DNA of 64,000 bases from an uncultured delta proteobacterium (GCA_963696385.1 CAVOKF010000004.1:1088001-1152000), one strand, 5' to 3'; shown: positions 1 through 11,385, counted from the stretch's first letter. The notes: generated from the letters alone by a model not told the origin. Translations and numbers: made by a program.

Positions 1-809
1 CATCCTGCAGATCCCGGGTGCACAGTTCGTTCGAGGGGCCCTGCCGCAAGGATCGGCGACCGGACCGGGCGTCGCGCAGATCTCGCTCATGAACAACAAC
101 ATCTGGCCGGGCCTCGTAAACGACCCCCTTCAAGGCGCGCTCGACCCGACAGCCACGGCAGCTGCCGTGGGGCTGCAGGGCGACGTGGGCTACTGGATGG
201 TGGTCGCAGGAACCCCCAGCGTCACGACCCCCAACGACCCGAGCTACGCCGCCACGCTGCAATTCTCGGATGGGATCGTCCTCGGCAACCACACGCTCGT
301 CGTGTGCGCCGCGGATGACAACGGGAACTTCGGTACCCCGAAAACTCAGGTCCTCGTTGCCGAGCCCTCGCCGCTCAACCCGCCGGCCACCGGCGATTCT
401 CGTCGTCACCCTGACGTGGGACACCGAATCGAATCTCGACCTGCACGTTGTCGATCCGGCGGGGCTCGACATCTACTGGGGCAACCCGTCCTCGGAGCCG
501 CCGTTCTCGTTCGACCAGACCGAGGGGGGCAGCTACGGCTATATCGACTACGACTCGAACGCGGACTGCGTCATCGACGGGTTGCGCAGCGAGGACGCGA
601 TCTGGCCCAATCCCCCGCCGAGCGGGCCGTACACGGTGCGCGTCGACACGCCCTCGCTGTGTGGCCAGCCCATCGCCAACTGGAAGGTGCGCGTGGTTCT
701 CGAGGGCACCCCGATCGCTCAGGCGAGCGGGGTTGCCGTGGGCGCCGACACGATGGGATCGCACGGGGCCGGCTCGGGTGTGCTCGCGCTCCAATTCAAT
801 GTGCCGTGA
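1..809 (+). CDS. Exported protein/lipoprotein, 5'-partial, with C-terminal YfaP/DUF2135-like domain; frameshift near 395
   Basis: The 89-frame reads as protein to ~395 and continues in the 270..809 frame as ILVVTLTWDTESNLDLHVVDP...DYDSNADC, a typical 'LTWD..DLDLHV.DP' motif. Confidence 0.65.
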
Positions 810-3239
810 TGGGTCGCCCGCGGTTCTGGCGACTCGGGTTCGCGGTCTTGCTCGTCGCAGCCCAAGCGCTCGCTCGGGAGGGGTCGGGGCCGACGCCCGT
901 CGGCGACGGGGGGGGGGATGCCGTCCTGGTGACGAAGCCGCCCAAGCTCCTCACGTTCAATCGGCCGGAGTATCCGGGCGGAGAGACCCGATCGGCCGAG
1001 GTCGTCCTTGCGATCACCCTCGGCATCGACGGGAGGGTCCGCGACGTGTCGGTGCTCCAGTCGGGCGGAGCGCGCTTCGACACCGCGGCCGTGGAGGCGG
1101 CATGGCGCCTCCTGTTCGAGCCGGGGCAAGCCAACGGGCGCCCGACGGCCGTAAAGATTCGGACCTCCTACTTCTTCCACCCTCCACTCGCGCCAACCCG
1201 ACCGACGACGCCCACTGGGTCGGTGCCGGCGGGAATTCCGGCCCCGGCCGGCGTGTCGCCTCAGAACGTCGTTGTCCACGGTGTGCCCCGAAGACACGAC
1301 GTCACCGACGTCACCGTCTCCGCGGCCGAGGCGAGCAAGGTGGCCGGCACGCAGGGCGATCCGATCAAGGTCCTCGAGAACCTCCCGGGACTGGCGCGCC
1401 CCTCGTTCGGATCGGGACAGCTCATCGTGTGGGGATCGGCTCCCACCGAGACGCGCACGTACGTCGATGGCGTCGAGATCCCCGCACTATTTCATGGCAA
1501 CGAACTGCGGTCCACGGTCAACGGCGATCTGGTGCGCGACGTCACTCTTACGCCGGGAGCCTACGGGGCGGACTACGGCCGCGCGATCGGCGGAATGGTC
1601 CGCGTCGAGACGAAGGACCTCCCCCCGAGCGGGGTCCACGGTTATGCCTCGGCCGACACGCTGGACGGATCCGGTATGGTGACGGCGGCGATCGGCGATC
1701 GCGTGCGCGTCGGAGCGGCGGCGCGCTACGGGTGGCTCGATAGCGTGCTGCGGGCCGTCGGCGCCCCGAATGTGGACGAGTTCTTCCCGATTCCGCGCTA
1801 CGAAGACACCCAGGTCAAGATACAGGTCGCGCTAAGGCCGCGCGAATCGCTCGACCTCGTCTTTCTCGGCTCACACGACGACCTCTTCGAAGCGATTCCT
1901 GATTCGGATCCGGCGCATGCCCGCAGCGAGACCACGGCCACGGATTACCAGCGGTTCTATCTGCATTACCGTCGTCTTCTGGGCGACGGTGCGAGCATAG
2001 ATGCCGTCCCCTTCGTCGGACACGACACCTCCGACCTCAACGCGACCTTCGGAGCCAATCCCGCAACGCTCGACGAGACGACCTGGCGCTGGGGCTTGCG
2101 TTCCTCCTACCGTTCGCGTGTCGCGGGTCCCGTGACGCTCACCTTCGGGCTCGAACTCGACGGGTCGGCCGCACAGGTCTTCCGGAACGGCTCGATGCTC
2201 ATTCCGCCCCGCGAAGGCGACATCACGGTGTTCGGGCAACCCCCGGGAGCCGGCACCAGCGCCGACGCATGGACGGCCGGCGTCATCGACGTCGCGCCGT
2301 ATGTCGTCGTGGGACTCGATCTCGGCCCACTGTCGGTCTCGCCCGGCATCCGCGTCGACGGTTTTCTTCTGCAAACGAGTCGACAGACGCCGGAGGTCGG
2401 CGCGACCCCATCGATCGGCTTCGAGCAGCTTCGGGGCGAAGTCGAGCCCCGCATGTCGGCGCTTCTGCGGGTCACGTCGCGGCTGTCGGTCCGCGGCGCG
2501 GCGGGCGTGTATTCGCAGCCCCCGGATCCGGCCGACCTCAGCGCCGTCTTCGGCAACCCGACGCTCGGTCCCGAGACCGCCGAGCACGCTTCGCTCGGAC
2601 AGGTGCTTCGCGTGACTTCGTCGCTCACGCTGGAGACAACCGGCTTTTCCAAGTGGATGACGCGCCTCGCCGTCCGAAACCCTTCGCCCACTCCCATGCT
2701 CGCCGAGGCTCTCCTTCAAGAAGGCATCGGCCGGGCGTATGGGGTACAGACGCTTCTGCGCCAGGCGCCTTGGCACGGGTTTTTCGGCTGGGTGTCGTAC
2801 ACCCTCTCGCGAAGCGAGCGACGAGACACGCCGGGGTCCCATTGGCGGCTTCTCGACTACGACCAGCCCCATGTGCTCACCGTGGTGGCGAACAAAGAGC
2901 TGCGAGCATGGACCGTCGGCTTGCGGTTCCGCTACGCGACGGGCCTGCCGCGTACTCCCGTCATCGGCGCATTCTACGACGTGAAGGACGATTTGTATCA
3001 GCCGATCTTCGGGCCCCAGAATTCCATCCGCCTGCCCGACTTCTGGCAGCTCGATCTGCGGGTCGACCGCAGTTTCCTGTTCGGCAAGAGCGCGAAGCTC
3101 CTCGTCTATGCCGAGGGACTGAACGTGACCGATCACACGAACGGCGAGGAGTACATCTACAGCATCGACTACGCGCGACGTGCGACCATTTCCTGGGCTG
3201 CCCGCGCTCGCGGTGGTCGGAGCGAGGATCGATTTATGA
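809..3239 (+). CDS. TonB-dependent receptor with N-terminal TonB C-terminal domain; apparent 1-nt frameshift near 3195 fuses it to the next gene
   Basis: Signal peptide, TonB_C (PEYP...FDTAAVEAA..LLFEPG), plug (GDPIKVLENLPGLAR), barrel motifs (LPDFWQLDLRVDR). The natural end GLPALAVVGARIDL-TGA at 3237-3239 lies in the adjacent frame. Confidence 0.85.
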
Positions 3240-4141
3240 AACGCCGGGCGCTGCTTGTCGTTGGGGCACTCGTCTTCACGGCGAGGTGCGTTCCGCCCCT
3301 CGGCCCCGGCGACTCGCTCATCACGTCGACACGCATTCTTGCCGTCCGCGCCGACCCCGCCGAGGCCGATCCGGGCTCCCGCGTGACCTTCACCGCGCTG
3401 GTCGCCGGTCCGGGCGGAACCGACAGCGGCGCCCCCATGACGTGGGACTTCTGCACCGCCCCGAAGCCACTGACCGAGAACAACGTCGTTTCGAACGCCT
3501 GCCTGGGCTCGTCCTCACTCGTCGCCGCCGGCGCTGGGCCCAGCATGACCGCCACGACCCCCAGCGACGGTTGCTCCATCTTTGGCCCAAGCACTTCGTC
3601 TGCGGGGGGCCGCCCCGTCGATCCGGACGCCACGGGCGGATACTACCAGCCCCTTCGCGCCGACCTCGCGGGCGCAGACAGCGCATTCGAGCTTGCCCGC
3701 ATCCATTGCGATCTGGCGAACGCATCCGCGACGGCAGCGAGCGCGTTCGCGGCGGCGTACGATTTGAATCAGAACCCCGAGCTCTCTCCTCTGACCGCGA
3801 CCGTCGACGGCATGCCGATCGCGCTGACTACGGTTGCCGCCGGGGCGCGTGTGTTGCTCGAAGCGAGCTGGCCAGCTGCATCCGTCGAAACTTTCGCCTA
3901 CTTCGATCCGGTGTCGCAAACGGTCACCAGTCAGCGCGAGTCGATGCAGGTCGCCTGGTACACGAGCGGCGGCACGCTCGATACCGAATCCACGGGGCGT
4001 TCCTCGGACGACCCGGCGACGGCGAGCGCCAACGGGTGGGACGCGCCGGGGGCAGAAGGCACGGTCCACCTGTGGATCGTGCTCCGCGATAGCCGGGGTG
4101 GCGTCGACTTCGCGGCGTATGACGTGGTCGTTGTGGACTGA
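3236..4141 (+). CDS. Lipoprotein associated with myxobacterial TonB-dependent receptors
   Basis: ATGA overlap with receptor stop; lipobox-like FTARC; RILAVRADPAEA and LWIVLRDSRGG motifs. Confidence 0.75.
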   Translation: MKRRALLVVGALVFTARCVPPLGPGDSLITSTRILAVRADPAEADPGSRVTFTALVAGPGGTDSGAPMTWDFCTAPKPLTENNVVSNACLGSSSLVAAGAGPSMTATTPSDGCSIFGPSTSSAGGRPVDPDATGGYYQPLRADLAGADSAFELARIHCDLANASATAASAFAAAYDLNQNPELSPLTATVDGMPIALTTVAAGARVLLEASWPAASVETFAYFDPVSQTVTSQRESMQVAWYTSGGTLDTESTGRSSDDPATASANGWDAPGAEGTVHLWIVLRDSRGGVDFAAYDVVVVD

Positions 4142-4153
4142 GCGGGGCAAGTC

Positions 4154-4708
4154 ATGCCGAACCCCGCGTCTTCGCTACTTCGCGATCCCCGGCAACTACC
4201 TGTTCACATCCCGTCAAGCGTGAACCCGATGGGCAAGGTCGGCGCCACCGAGTACGCGTATGCCGAGGCGGCTGCACCGGCACCGCTCCGTTACTCGACG
4301 GGTCTGAGCGGTTTCACGTCGAAGGCGACGCTCGCGGTCGAGAACTTCAACCCCACCACGTCCCTGTTCGATACCGTTCCGACGGGGAGCGCGTCGAGAG
4401 ACCAAGGTCTGGGGGTGGACCTGCTGTTTCAGTCTCCGCGGGTCGTCGCGCTCGCCGAGGGATACCTGCGACACGTCGAACCGGAGGGGTCTGGCGCCGA
4501 ATACACGTCCGTCGGTGCCTTCGCTCAGGCCGGCGTTCTGGTTTATCGCCGCGCGATCGATGCTGCGGTTCGCCTCTCGTGGGCGGACGTCAACCTCCTC
4601 CGCGTAGAGGGCCAGACCCACCAGACGTCCCAGCGGGCCACTGTGCAGAAGTCGACCTCCAACGATGACGCTTCGGATACGGCCCGACGGATCCCTTGGC
4701 ACGGTTGA
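4154..4708 (+). pseudogene. Fragment of outer-membrane porin (OprO/OprP-like)
   Basis: Amphipathic beta-strand pattern (GLGVDLLFQ, ALAEGYLR, GAFAQAGVLV, DAAVRLSW), no signal peptide, lies upstream of phoU. Confidence 0.4.
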
Positions 4709-4806
4709 GGCGGACCCTGATCACGCGTCCCGAGCGGCGCTGACGAAGTCGAAGGAGAGTCCGCGTCGTGGCTGACGCCGGTTTGTGTCATTGTGCTCGC
4801 TCTGAA

Positions 4807-5514
4807 GTGCAACGCATAACGTCCACGCACACCAGCCGGGACTTCGAGACCGAGCTTCGCGAGCTGCGAGCCCACCTGCTGGCGATGGGCGCTCGGTGCG
4901 AACGAATCGTCGGGCTGGCGTTCGAGGCTTTTCGGCGAGGAGATCCCGAGCTCCCCGGAACCTTGGAGTCTCTTGACGCCCAAATCGATCGCGATGAGGT
5001 CGAGATTCATGCGCTCATCCTGCGGATCCTCGCGCTGAGGCAGCCCGTCGCCGGCGATCTGCGCTTCCTGGCAACCGCGCTGCGGCTCATCACGGATCTC
5101 GAGCGCATCGGCGACGAGGCGGTCAACATCGGCGAGCGCACCGTGAAGCGGGACGGCGGTGCGCACCAGCTCGTCGACGGTGAACTCACCTCGATGGCGA
5201 CGGCCGCGCTGAACATGCTGCATGACGCGCTCGACGCGTTCGTGCGGTGGGACGACGAGGTCGCCGACCCCGTCCTCGGCTGCGACGATGGAGTCGACCA
5301 GGGTTGTGCGACCATCATGTCCGCGATGACCGCGCACATGTCCGAGCACCCGGGCGAGGTGCTGGCCGGACTGCGCGTGATACGGGTGGCCAAGTACCTG
5401 GAGCGCATTGCCGACCATGCGACCAACGTCGCGGAGGAGGTCATTTTCATGGTTCGAGCGGACGATGTGCGTCACGGGCAGTGGCAATCCTTGGCGGGCC
5501 CGAGACATCGATGA
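4807..5514 (+). CDS. phoU: Phosphate signalling complex protein PhoU
   Basis: RQPVAGDLR, TDLERIGDEAVNI, KYLERIADHATNVAEEVIFMV motifs. Confidence 0.95.
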   Translation: MQRITSTHTSRDFETELRELRAHLLAMGARCERIVGLAFEAFRRGDPELPGTLESLDAQIDRDEVEIHALILRILALRQPVAGDLRFLATALRLITDLERIGDEAVNIGERTVKRDGGAHQLVDGELTSMATAALNMLHDALDAFVRWDDEVADPVLGCDDGVDQGCATIMSAMTAHMSEHPGEVLAGLRVIRVAKYLERIADHATNVAEEVIFMVRADDVRHGQWQSLAGPRHR

Positions 5515-5974
5515 TCGGAAACGTCAGCTGATCGAGCGCATCGCGCTTGGCGCCGCGCTCGGCGGGGTCATCGGCTACGAGCGTGACCGGCATCGTCGGC
5601 CCGTTGGCCTGCGCACGCATCTCATTGTCGCGATGGCCGCGGCCACATTTACGGTCCTATCGGCACAGTTCGTGTACCGGCAGCACTACGGCAAGGACGA
5701 CCTCGTCGAAGTCGACACGGCGCGCATTGCGGCGTCCGTGGTTTCGGCGGTCGGATTCCTTGCGGGTGGCGCCATCCTGCGGACGGGGATCACGGTGCAA
5801 GGCCTCACCACGGCGGCAGGTCTATGGCTGGTCACGGCCATCGGCATGTGCGCCGGCGCGGGCATGTTTGTCGTGAGCATCCATGTTTGTCGTGAGCATC
5901 GCCGTGGGCCACGAAGCAAGCGGCGAAACGGCGTCGCGCGCGCCCGACGCTTACCCGTAAACATGAGCCTCTGA
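5511..5974 (+). pseudogene. MgtC/SapB family membrane protein, truncated after a 19-bp tandem duplication
   Basis: GGVIGYER, GLRTH, VGFLAGGAI, GLTTAAGLW motifs; CATGTTTGTCGTGAGCATC repeated at 5863-5881 and 5882-5900. Confidence 0.85.
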
Positions 5975-6143
5975 GTCTAAAGCCGTTGACGAGAAGCGGG
6001 GCCATTTGGCGTTTTGCCTTTGGCCGTTGGCAATCCGCAAGCGACTGAACTCGAATGGTTCGAGCTCTGACCGCTCGCCCGCCCCGCGCCGGCGCCTTCC
6101 CGCCAGGGAACGCGCTGTGCATGTTGCCCGGAGAGCCGGGGAG

Positions 6144-6986
6144 ATGAGCCAGAACGCGGATACCGGTGCGCCCATCCCCGCGTCGCCTCCCGGCGACGAA
6201 CGCCACGACCTGCACGCCGAGGTCCAGCGGCTCCGGCGTGCGCAGCGCACGGCCCAGAGGACGATCCGGGAACTCAGGGCCGCCGTCGCCGCGCGAGACG
6301 AGTTCATCGCGATCGTGAGCCGCGAGCTGCGTAACCCGATGGGAGCCATCGTTGTCAGCGCGAGCCACATGATTTACAAGGCGGGGCGCGAGCCAGATGT
6401 GCCAGCTTGGCTCGCGCCTCGCCTTTTGACGCTCGAACGCCAGACACGCAGCTTCGTCCGCCGCGCGACGACGCTCATGGACGTCTCCCGCCTCGCGACC
6501 GGAAACCTGCGCCTCGACCGGGACGTCGTCAGCCTGAGCGACGTCGTGAGCAACGTGGCACGCGAGCTCGCCACCGAGGCCGAGCACGCCGGATGCGACC
6601 TGCGCCTGTCCATCGAGCCGAACGTGGTCGGGACCTGGGATCGGGTCGCGCTCGAACAGATCACGATGGACCTGATGTCGAACGCCATCAAGTACGGTGC
6701 CGACCGCCCGGTGGAAACTTCCGTCACGTCCACAGGCGAGGACGCGACGATCGAGGTCCGCGATCACGGCGCGGGCATCTCCGAAGTCGACCGGTCCCGC
6801 ATCTTCGAGCCCTTCGAGCGCGCGGTCGTCCCGCGCCGGTCGAAGCCGGGCTTCGGTCTCGGGCTATGGATCACGCGGCAGCTCGTGATCGCCCACCGAG
6901 GCGAAATGGCGGTAGAGAGCCAGTCGGGGATCGGTTCGGTCTTCACGGTGAGCCTTCCGCGGGCGATACAGAAGCTTCCCCGATGA
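6144..6986 (+). CDS. Cytoplasmic histidine kinase (HisKA/HATPase_c)
   Basis: N box LMSNAIKY, G1 DHGAGI, F box IFEPF, G2 GFGLGL; H-box reads SRELRNPM (His replaced by Arg). Confidence 0.9.
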   Translation: MSQNADTGAPIPASPPGDERHDLHAEVQRLRRAQRTAQRTIRELRAAVAARDEFIAIVSRELRNPMGAIVVSASHMIYKAGREPDVPAWLAPRLLTLERQTRSFVRRATTLMDVSRLATGNLRLDRDVVSLSDVVSNVARELATEAEHAGCDLRLSIEPNVVGTWDRVALEQITMDLMSNAIKYGADRPVETSVTSTGEDATIEVRDHGAGISEVDRSRIFEPFERAVVPRRSKPGFGLGLWITRQLVIAHRGEMAVESQSGIGSVFTVSLPRAIQKLPR

Positions 6987-8500
6987 GCTCACACGAATTC
7001 GTCCCGCACCTCGCCAGGTTCACCAGCGGCATCCCAGGTCTCGACCGGGTCCTCACCGGCGGCTTCTTCACCGGCGGCGTTTACATCGTCGAAGGGGCGC
7101 CGGGGGCGGGCAAGACGATCCTCGCCAACCAGATCGCCTTCCATCGCGCGAAAGACGGCCAGCGAGTCCTCTACATCACGCTGCTCGCCGAGTCGCATGC
7201 GCGCCTCTTGCAGCACATGCAGGATCTGTCCTTCTTCGACGCAGGGGCGATCCCCGATCGGCTCACGTACCTGAGCGGGTTCCGCGTGCTCGAGCAGGGA
7301 GGGTTGCAGGCGCTCCTCGATCTGCTTCGCAAGGAGCTGCTCGGGCAGAACGCGAACGTGGTCGTCCTCGACGGTTTCGCCGCGGTGGGGGAGTCCGCGG
7401 AGACGGATCGCGAATTCAAAAAATTCGTGCACGAGCTTCAGGTGCAAGCCGGGCTCGGAACGTGCACATTCTTTCTGCTCTCGAGTGGCACAAGCGGCGA
7501 GGGATCCGTCCAGCCGGTCCACACGATGGTGGATGGGCTGGTCCGCCTGAGCGACCGGATCTTCGGAGTCCGCGCGCAACGCGAGCTTCAGGTGCAGAAG
7601 TTCCGAGGCAGTCGTTACCTGCGGGGCTTGCATTCGTTCGAGATCGGCGACGACGGAATCCGCGTTTATCCGCGTCTCGAGTCCTCCTCGGTCGCGTCCG
7701 GCGTGAAGAACGGTTCGAGCCGGCTGGCCATCGGCTTCCCGCGGCTCGACGCGATGATCGGCGGCGGACTGCACAGCACGTCGACCACCATGATCCTGGG
7801 CCCCAGCGGCGTCGGCAAGACAGTCGTCGGCTATCGCTTCCTCGCATGCTCTACGGCCCAAGAGAAGGGGCTGCTCTTCTCCTTCTACGAGACGCCGGAG
7901 CGGGTGCTGGCCAAGACGCAAGGCGTCGGGATCGACCTCGCCCCCGGGTATCAGCGCGGCGACGTCGAGCTCGTCTGGCAATCGCCGGTCGAAAGCACGC
8001 TCGACGCCGTCGGCTGGCGCATCCTCGAGTCTGTCGATCGGCTCGGCGCAAAGCGCCTCTTCGTCGACGGCTTCAACGCGCTGGAAAGCGCTTCGAGCCA
8101 CCCGGAGCGCGTCCCTCAGTTCTTCGCAGCGCTCGGGCGTGAGCTGCGAGCGCGCGGGGTCACGACGGTGTACGCGGCCGAGCTGCATCAGATCTTCTCG
8201 CCCGAGATCGCCGCCCCGCTGCGTGGGCTCTCCCCGCTCATCGAGAACCTGCTGCTCATGCGTTTCGTCGAGCTGCGCGCACGGCTGCGCCGGACGCTGT
8301 CGGTCATCAAGCTGCGCGACTCGGAGTTCGACCCTGCCATCTGCGAGTTCTGCCTCACCAGCCACGGCCTGGACGTCGTGGACTCGCTCGACGGAACGGA
8401 AGAACTCATGACGGGCGTGGCGCACGAGACGCCCCGCCCGCGATCGCGGAAACCCCCAAACCAACGGGGCCGAACCAAGCCGAAGAGAAGGCGGGGATGA
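6983..8500 (+). CDS. KaiC-like double-domain RecA-superfamily ATPase (RAD55/KaiC family)
   Basis: Two domains with Walker A GAPGAGKT and GPSGVGKT; SGIPGLD..L.GG; QKFRGS and IKLRDS. Confidence 0.9.
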   Translation: MSSHEFVPHLARFTSGIPGLDRVLTGGFFTGGVYIVEGAPGAGKTILANQIAFHRAKDGQRVLYITLLAESHARLLQHMQDLSFFDAGAIPDRLTYLSGFRVLEQGGLQALLDLLRKELLGQNANVVVLDGFAAVGESAETDREFKKFVHELQVQAGLGTCTFFLLSSGTSGEGSVQPVHTMVDGLVRLSDRIFGVRAQRELQVQKFRGSRYLRGLHSFEIGDDGIRVYPRLESSSVASGVKNGSSRLAIGFPRLDAMIGGGLHSTSTTMILGPSGVGKTVVGYRFLACSTAQEKGLLFSFYETPERVLAKTQGVGIDLAPGYQRGDVELVWQSPVESTLDAVGWRILESVDRLGAKRLFVDGFNALESASSHPERVPQFFAALGRELRARGVTTVYAAELHQIFSPEIAAPLRGLSPLIENLLLMRFVELRARLRRTLSVIKLRDSEFDPAICEFCLTSHGLDVVDSLDGTEELMTGVAHETPRPRSRKPPNQRGRTKPKRRRG

Positions 8501-8859
8501 AGACGATCGTCATCGTCGATGACGAGTTCGGTCTGGCGGACGTGCTTGCCGGAACGCTGTCCGATATGGGGTTTAGTGTGTTCACCGCCATCAACGGCAG
8601 GCAGGGCCTCGAGGTCATGGCGGAGCATCCGCCGGACGTGGTGCTTCTCGATTATATGATGCCGCTGCTGGATGGCCCGGGAGTCCTCAAGGCTATGCGT
8701 GCGGACCCGAAGCTCGCCGGCGTCCCGGTCATCATGACGAGCGGCGTGCCGGAGTCGGTGGTGCGCGAGCGGTGTCCGGGGTACGTCGCATTCCTGCGCA
8801 AGCCGTTCGATTTCCAAGCGCTTCTGAAGGCGGTGGACCGGGCGACGGCCGGGCCGTAA
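8497..8859 (+). CDS. Single-domain response regulator
   Basis: IVDDE, LLDYMMPLLDG, KPF. Confidence 0.95.
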   Translation: MKTIVIVDDEFGLADVLAGTLSDMGFSVFTAINGRQGLEVMAEHPPDVVLLDYMMPLLDGPGVLKAMRADPKLAGVPVIMTSGVPESVVRERCPGYVAFLRKPFDFQALLKAVDRATAGP

Positions 8860-9746
8860 ATCGGGATGCGCAGATTCTCTCGTCCGCAGTAAGCGCGTCG
8901 GCGTGCCCGCAGTAAGAATCGCGGACGCGACCAAGACACTTGCCACGGGCGACGTCGAGACCGCGCGGTTCGATTCTCAATGGACCGCGAGGCTCGTCCA
9001 CGTGACCGCTCCCGACGGCTTCAGGATCTCGGTGGTCGGTGCGCCTTACGCGGCGAGTTTTCGTGTTCCGATCGCATGGACCAGCGAAGCTCTTTTCAAA
9101 ATCGGCGCTGCCAGAATCGGTGACACAAATGACGGAAATCAACCTTTGGGGGCGTGGCCCCCCGGTCGGCTCTGCGGTATGGGGCGCGCCTGGTCCGGTC
9201 CGCTTGCGCGAACGGCTTGGCGAACTGCTCAATTCTCGGAGCGAATCGCCGCCTAATCACCGCTTAATCACCGCTGGCGTCGCGGCGGATAGGTCGGGCC
9301 CATCCTCGCGTAACGCGCCATCCCTCACGACGCAACGAGATGCGGGGCGAGGCAAGTTGACTTCGGTTGCAGCGGGAAATGGATGGCGCGGGATTTCGAG
9401 GCCCGCCTGGCAATGACTCTCCCGATGCGGCGAGGGCGAAATCTCGCGCGACTGACGAACTAACCGGAGAGCTTCTCTACGTTCAGATCACGACGAGCAC
9501 ATGGCGGCGCGCCGCGGCCGTTTGGGAACGTGACCGCGCCGGCTGAGGCCTTGGACGTGGACGTGCCGGTCGCTGCGCAAGCGCTCGAATGGGTGCCCAT
9601 CACAGTCACGACGAAGCGCAGGCACTTCGATTTGAGTCAGCAAACGGCCCCGGGGTGGCAATGGATCCGGCCCTCGTGATTTCGCGCCGATTCGCGAAGT
9701 AGCACGGGACGCTTTCGTCCATGGGCCTCGGCTACGCTACGCGCGA

Positions 9747-10505
9747 GTGAACGGTCTTCCCGACGGCGCACGCAGAGCCCTCGAGCGCGCTCGCGCCGAG
9801 AAACTCAGCTTTTCGGTCGACCTGCTCAAGGCCGCCGATGGGCGCCTCATCGCGGTGCTCGGCGAAGCGCACGTGAAGCTCGCGAAAGCCGCCGCGATCG
9901 GAGAGGAGGTCATCGGCCAGTTCGAGTTGCGCGGAGTCGAGACGTTCCAGCGAAGGCAGATCGTCGGCGGCCGCGCCCTCGGCGCCGTCATCACGGCACC
10001 GAGAACCCTGCTCCGTGTGCTCTCGCTCGGCGCGGTCCGGGGGAGCACGATCACCGACGCGAAGCATCTTTCCTCCGGCTACACGGTAGAACTCGAACGC
10101 ACGAAGCGTGTGCCCTTCGGGCTCCACGTCGCCGCGCTCTACATGACCGCGTTCTTAGTCGTTGCCTTTCTTGCGTTACTCGCTCCCTTGTTGATGCTCG
10201 TCGCTCCTTCTTTGGCGACCGCGATCACACTACTCGCGCGCCTCTTTCAGATACATCTCCTCACGCTGAGCCTCGCGCTCTTTCTTCGAAGGCATTCGTG
10301 GAGCTGGGTGGTTCATCCCTTCCTCGGCATCCTCACCCTTCGCGACGAGCTCATGGCCGAGGGGACCGTTCGCATGCTCGACGACCATCCGACGGTCCCG
10401 GCGGCCGTCGTGGTGATGGGGCGGGCGCATGTTTCGGGGTACACGCGGATCCTCGTCGAGCGCTACGGGTTCGCGCGCGATGAGGCTCGGGATCAAACGG
10501 GCTGA
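9747..10505 (+). CDS. Membrane protein, TraB/GumN-like
   Basis: LGEAHV, RDELMA, VVVMGRAHVSG resemble TraB-family motifs; central hydrophobic segments. Confidence 0.55.
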   Translation: MNGLPDGARRALERARAEKLSFSVDLLKAADGRLIAVLGEAHVKLAKAAAIGEEVIGQFELRGVETFQRRQIVGGRALGAVITAPRTLLRVLSLGAVRGSTITDAKHLSSGYTVELERTKRVPFGLHVAALYMTAFLVVAFLALLAPLLMLVAPSLATAITLLARLFQIHLLTLSLALFLRRHSWSWVVHPFLGILTLRDELMAEGTVRMLDDHPTVPAAVVVMGRAHVSGYTRILVERYGFARDEARDQTG

Positions 10506-10559
10506 ATCCGAGGAGGTGCTCGGCCGCGATCCACTTGGCCGGCCCCCGGCTTGACCTCG

Positions 10560-10680
10560 CGTCCTGGCTACTTCGCCGATCCGCCGAAAATTCGCTGCGC
10601 AGCGCTATGTTCGCGCACCATGTTCGCCATCGTGACCGCGCTCGCCGCCGCAGCGGTCGACCTGTTTCGCTCGCGACGGT
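10560..10680 (+). mobile_element. Left-end remnant of rve-integrase IS related to the 37722-38746 element
   Basis: GTCCTGGCTACTT matches the element end at 38746 (minus strand); MFAIVTALAAAAVDLFRSR resembles IADLTRSRAELVAEN. Confidence 0.55.
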
Positions 10681-10794
10681 ACAGCGCCTCAGGACCGCGC
10701 CTCCGCAGCGCGCTTGGCGGCGTCGATGCGAGGAAACGTGCGGGGTCGCGTCGATCTGCCCAAGATTCGTTCGTCGCGAGGGTAGGAGGTCAAA

Positions 10795-11385
10795 ATGTCT
10801 GCATCAGTGCTCTACATGTCTATGTCTCTCGACGGGTACATCGCAGGTCCGAACGACAGCCGGGACAATCCCGGGGGCGACGACTTCATGCGGCTGCACG
10901 CTTGGTACGGGTTCGGTCCGAACGGTCCGAAGGGGGGGCCGCCGAGAGGTCAAGGTCAGCATTTCTTAAACGAAATCAACGCGACCGGCGCGGTCCTCGC
11001 GGGTCGGCGTACCGTGGAGCAGGTCGATCACTGGGGCGGTGACCATCACGCCGGCGTCCGGATCTTCGTGCCCAGCCATCGGCCGCCCGGCTCTTCCGTC
11101 ACGAAGTATCCGTTGGTGACGTATGTGGCCGACGGGATCGCCAGCGCGATGGCACAGGCGAAGGCCGCCGCGGGGAGCCGGAACGTGTTGGTGCATGGCG
11201 CGTACACGGCGCAACGGGCGCTCGAGGCTGGTCTGTTGGACGAGTTGCAGATCCATCATATCCCGGTGCTGTTCGGTCGTGGCCTTCGGCAGTTTGATGT
11301 GTTGCCCTCGCGCATCGAACTCGAGGTCGTTCGGGTGATCGACACCCCGGAGGCAACACACATCCGCTACCGCGTCCGTCGATAG
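10795..11385 (+). CDS. Dihydrofolate reductase/RibD C-terminal family protein
   Basis: MSMSLDGYIAGP, GLLDELQIHHIPVLFGRG. Confidence 0.9.
   Translation: MSASVLYMSMSLDGYIAGPNDSRDNPGGDDFMRLHAWYGFGPNGPKGGPPRGQGQHFLNEINATGAVLAGRRTVEQVDHWGGDHHAGVRIFVPSHRPPGSSVTKYPLVTYVADGIASAMAQAKAAAGSRNVLVHGAYTAQRALEAGLLDELQIHHIPVLFGRGLRQFDVLPSRIELEVVRVIDTPEATHIRYRVRR

Noticed and set aside
89..4141. 1350-aa ORF as a single fusion protein
   Set aside because: Three genes joined by apparent frameshifts; the natural stops and ATG overlaps are visible at 809 and 3236-3239.
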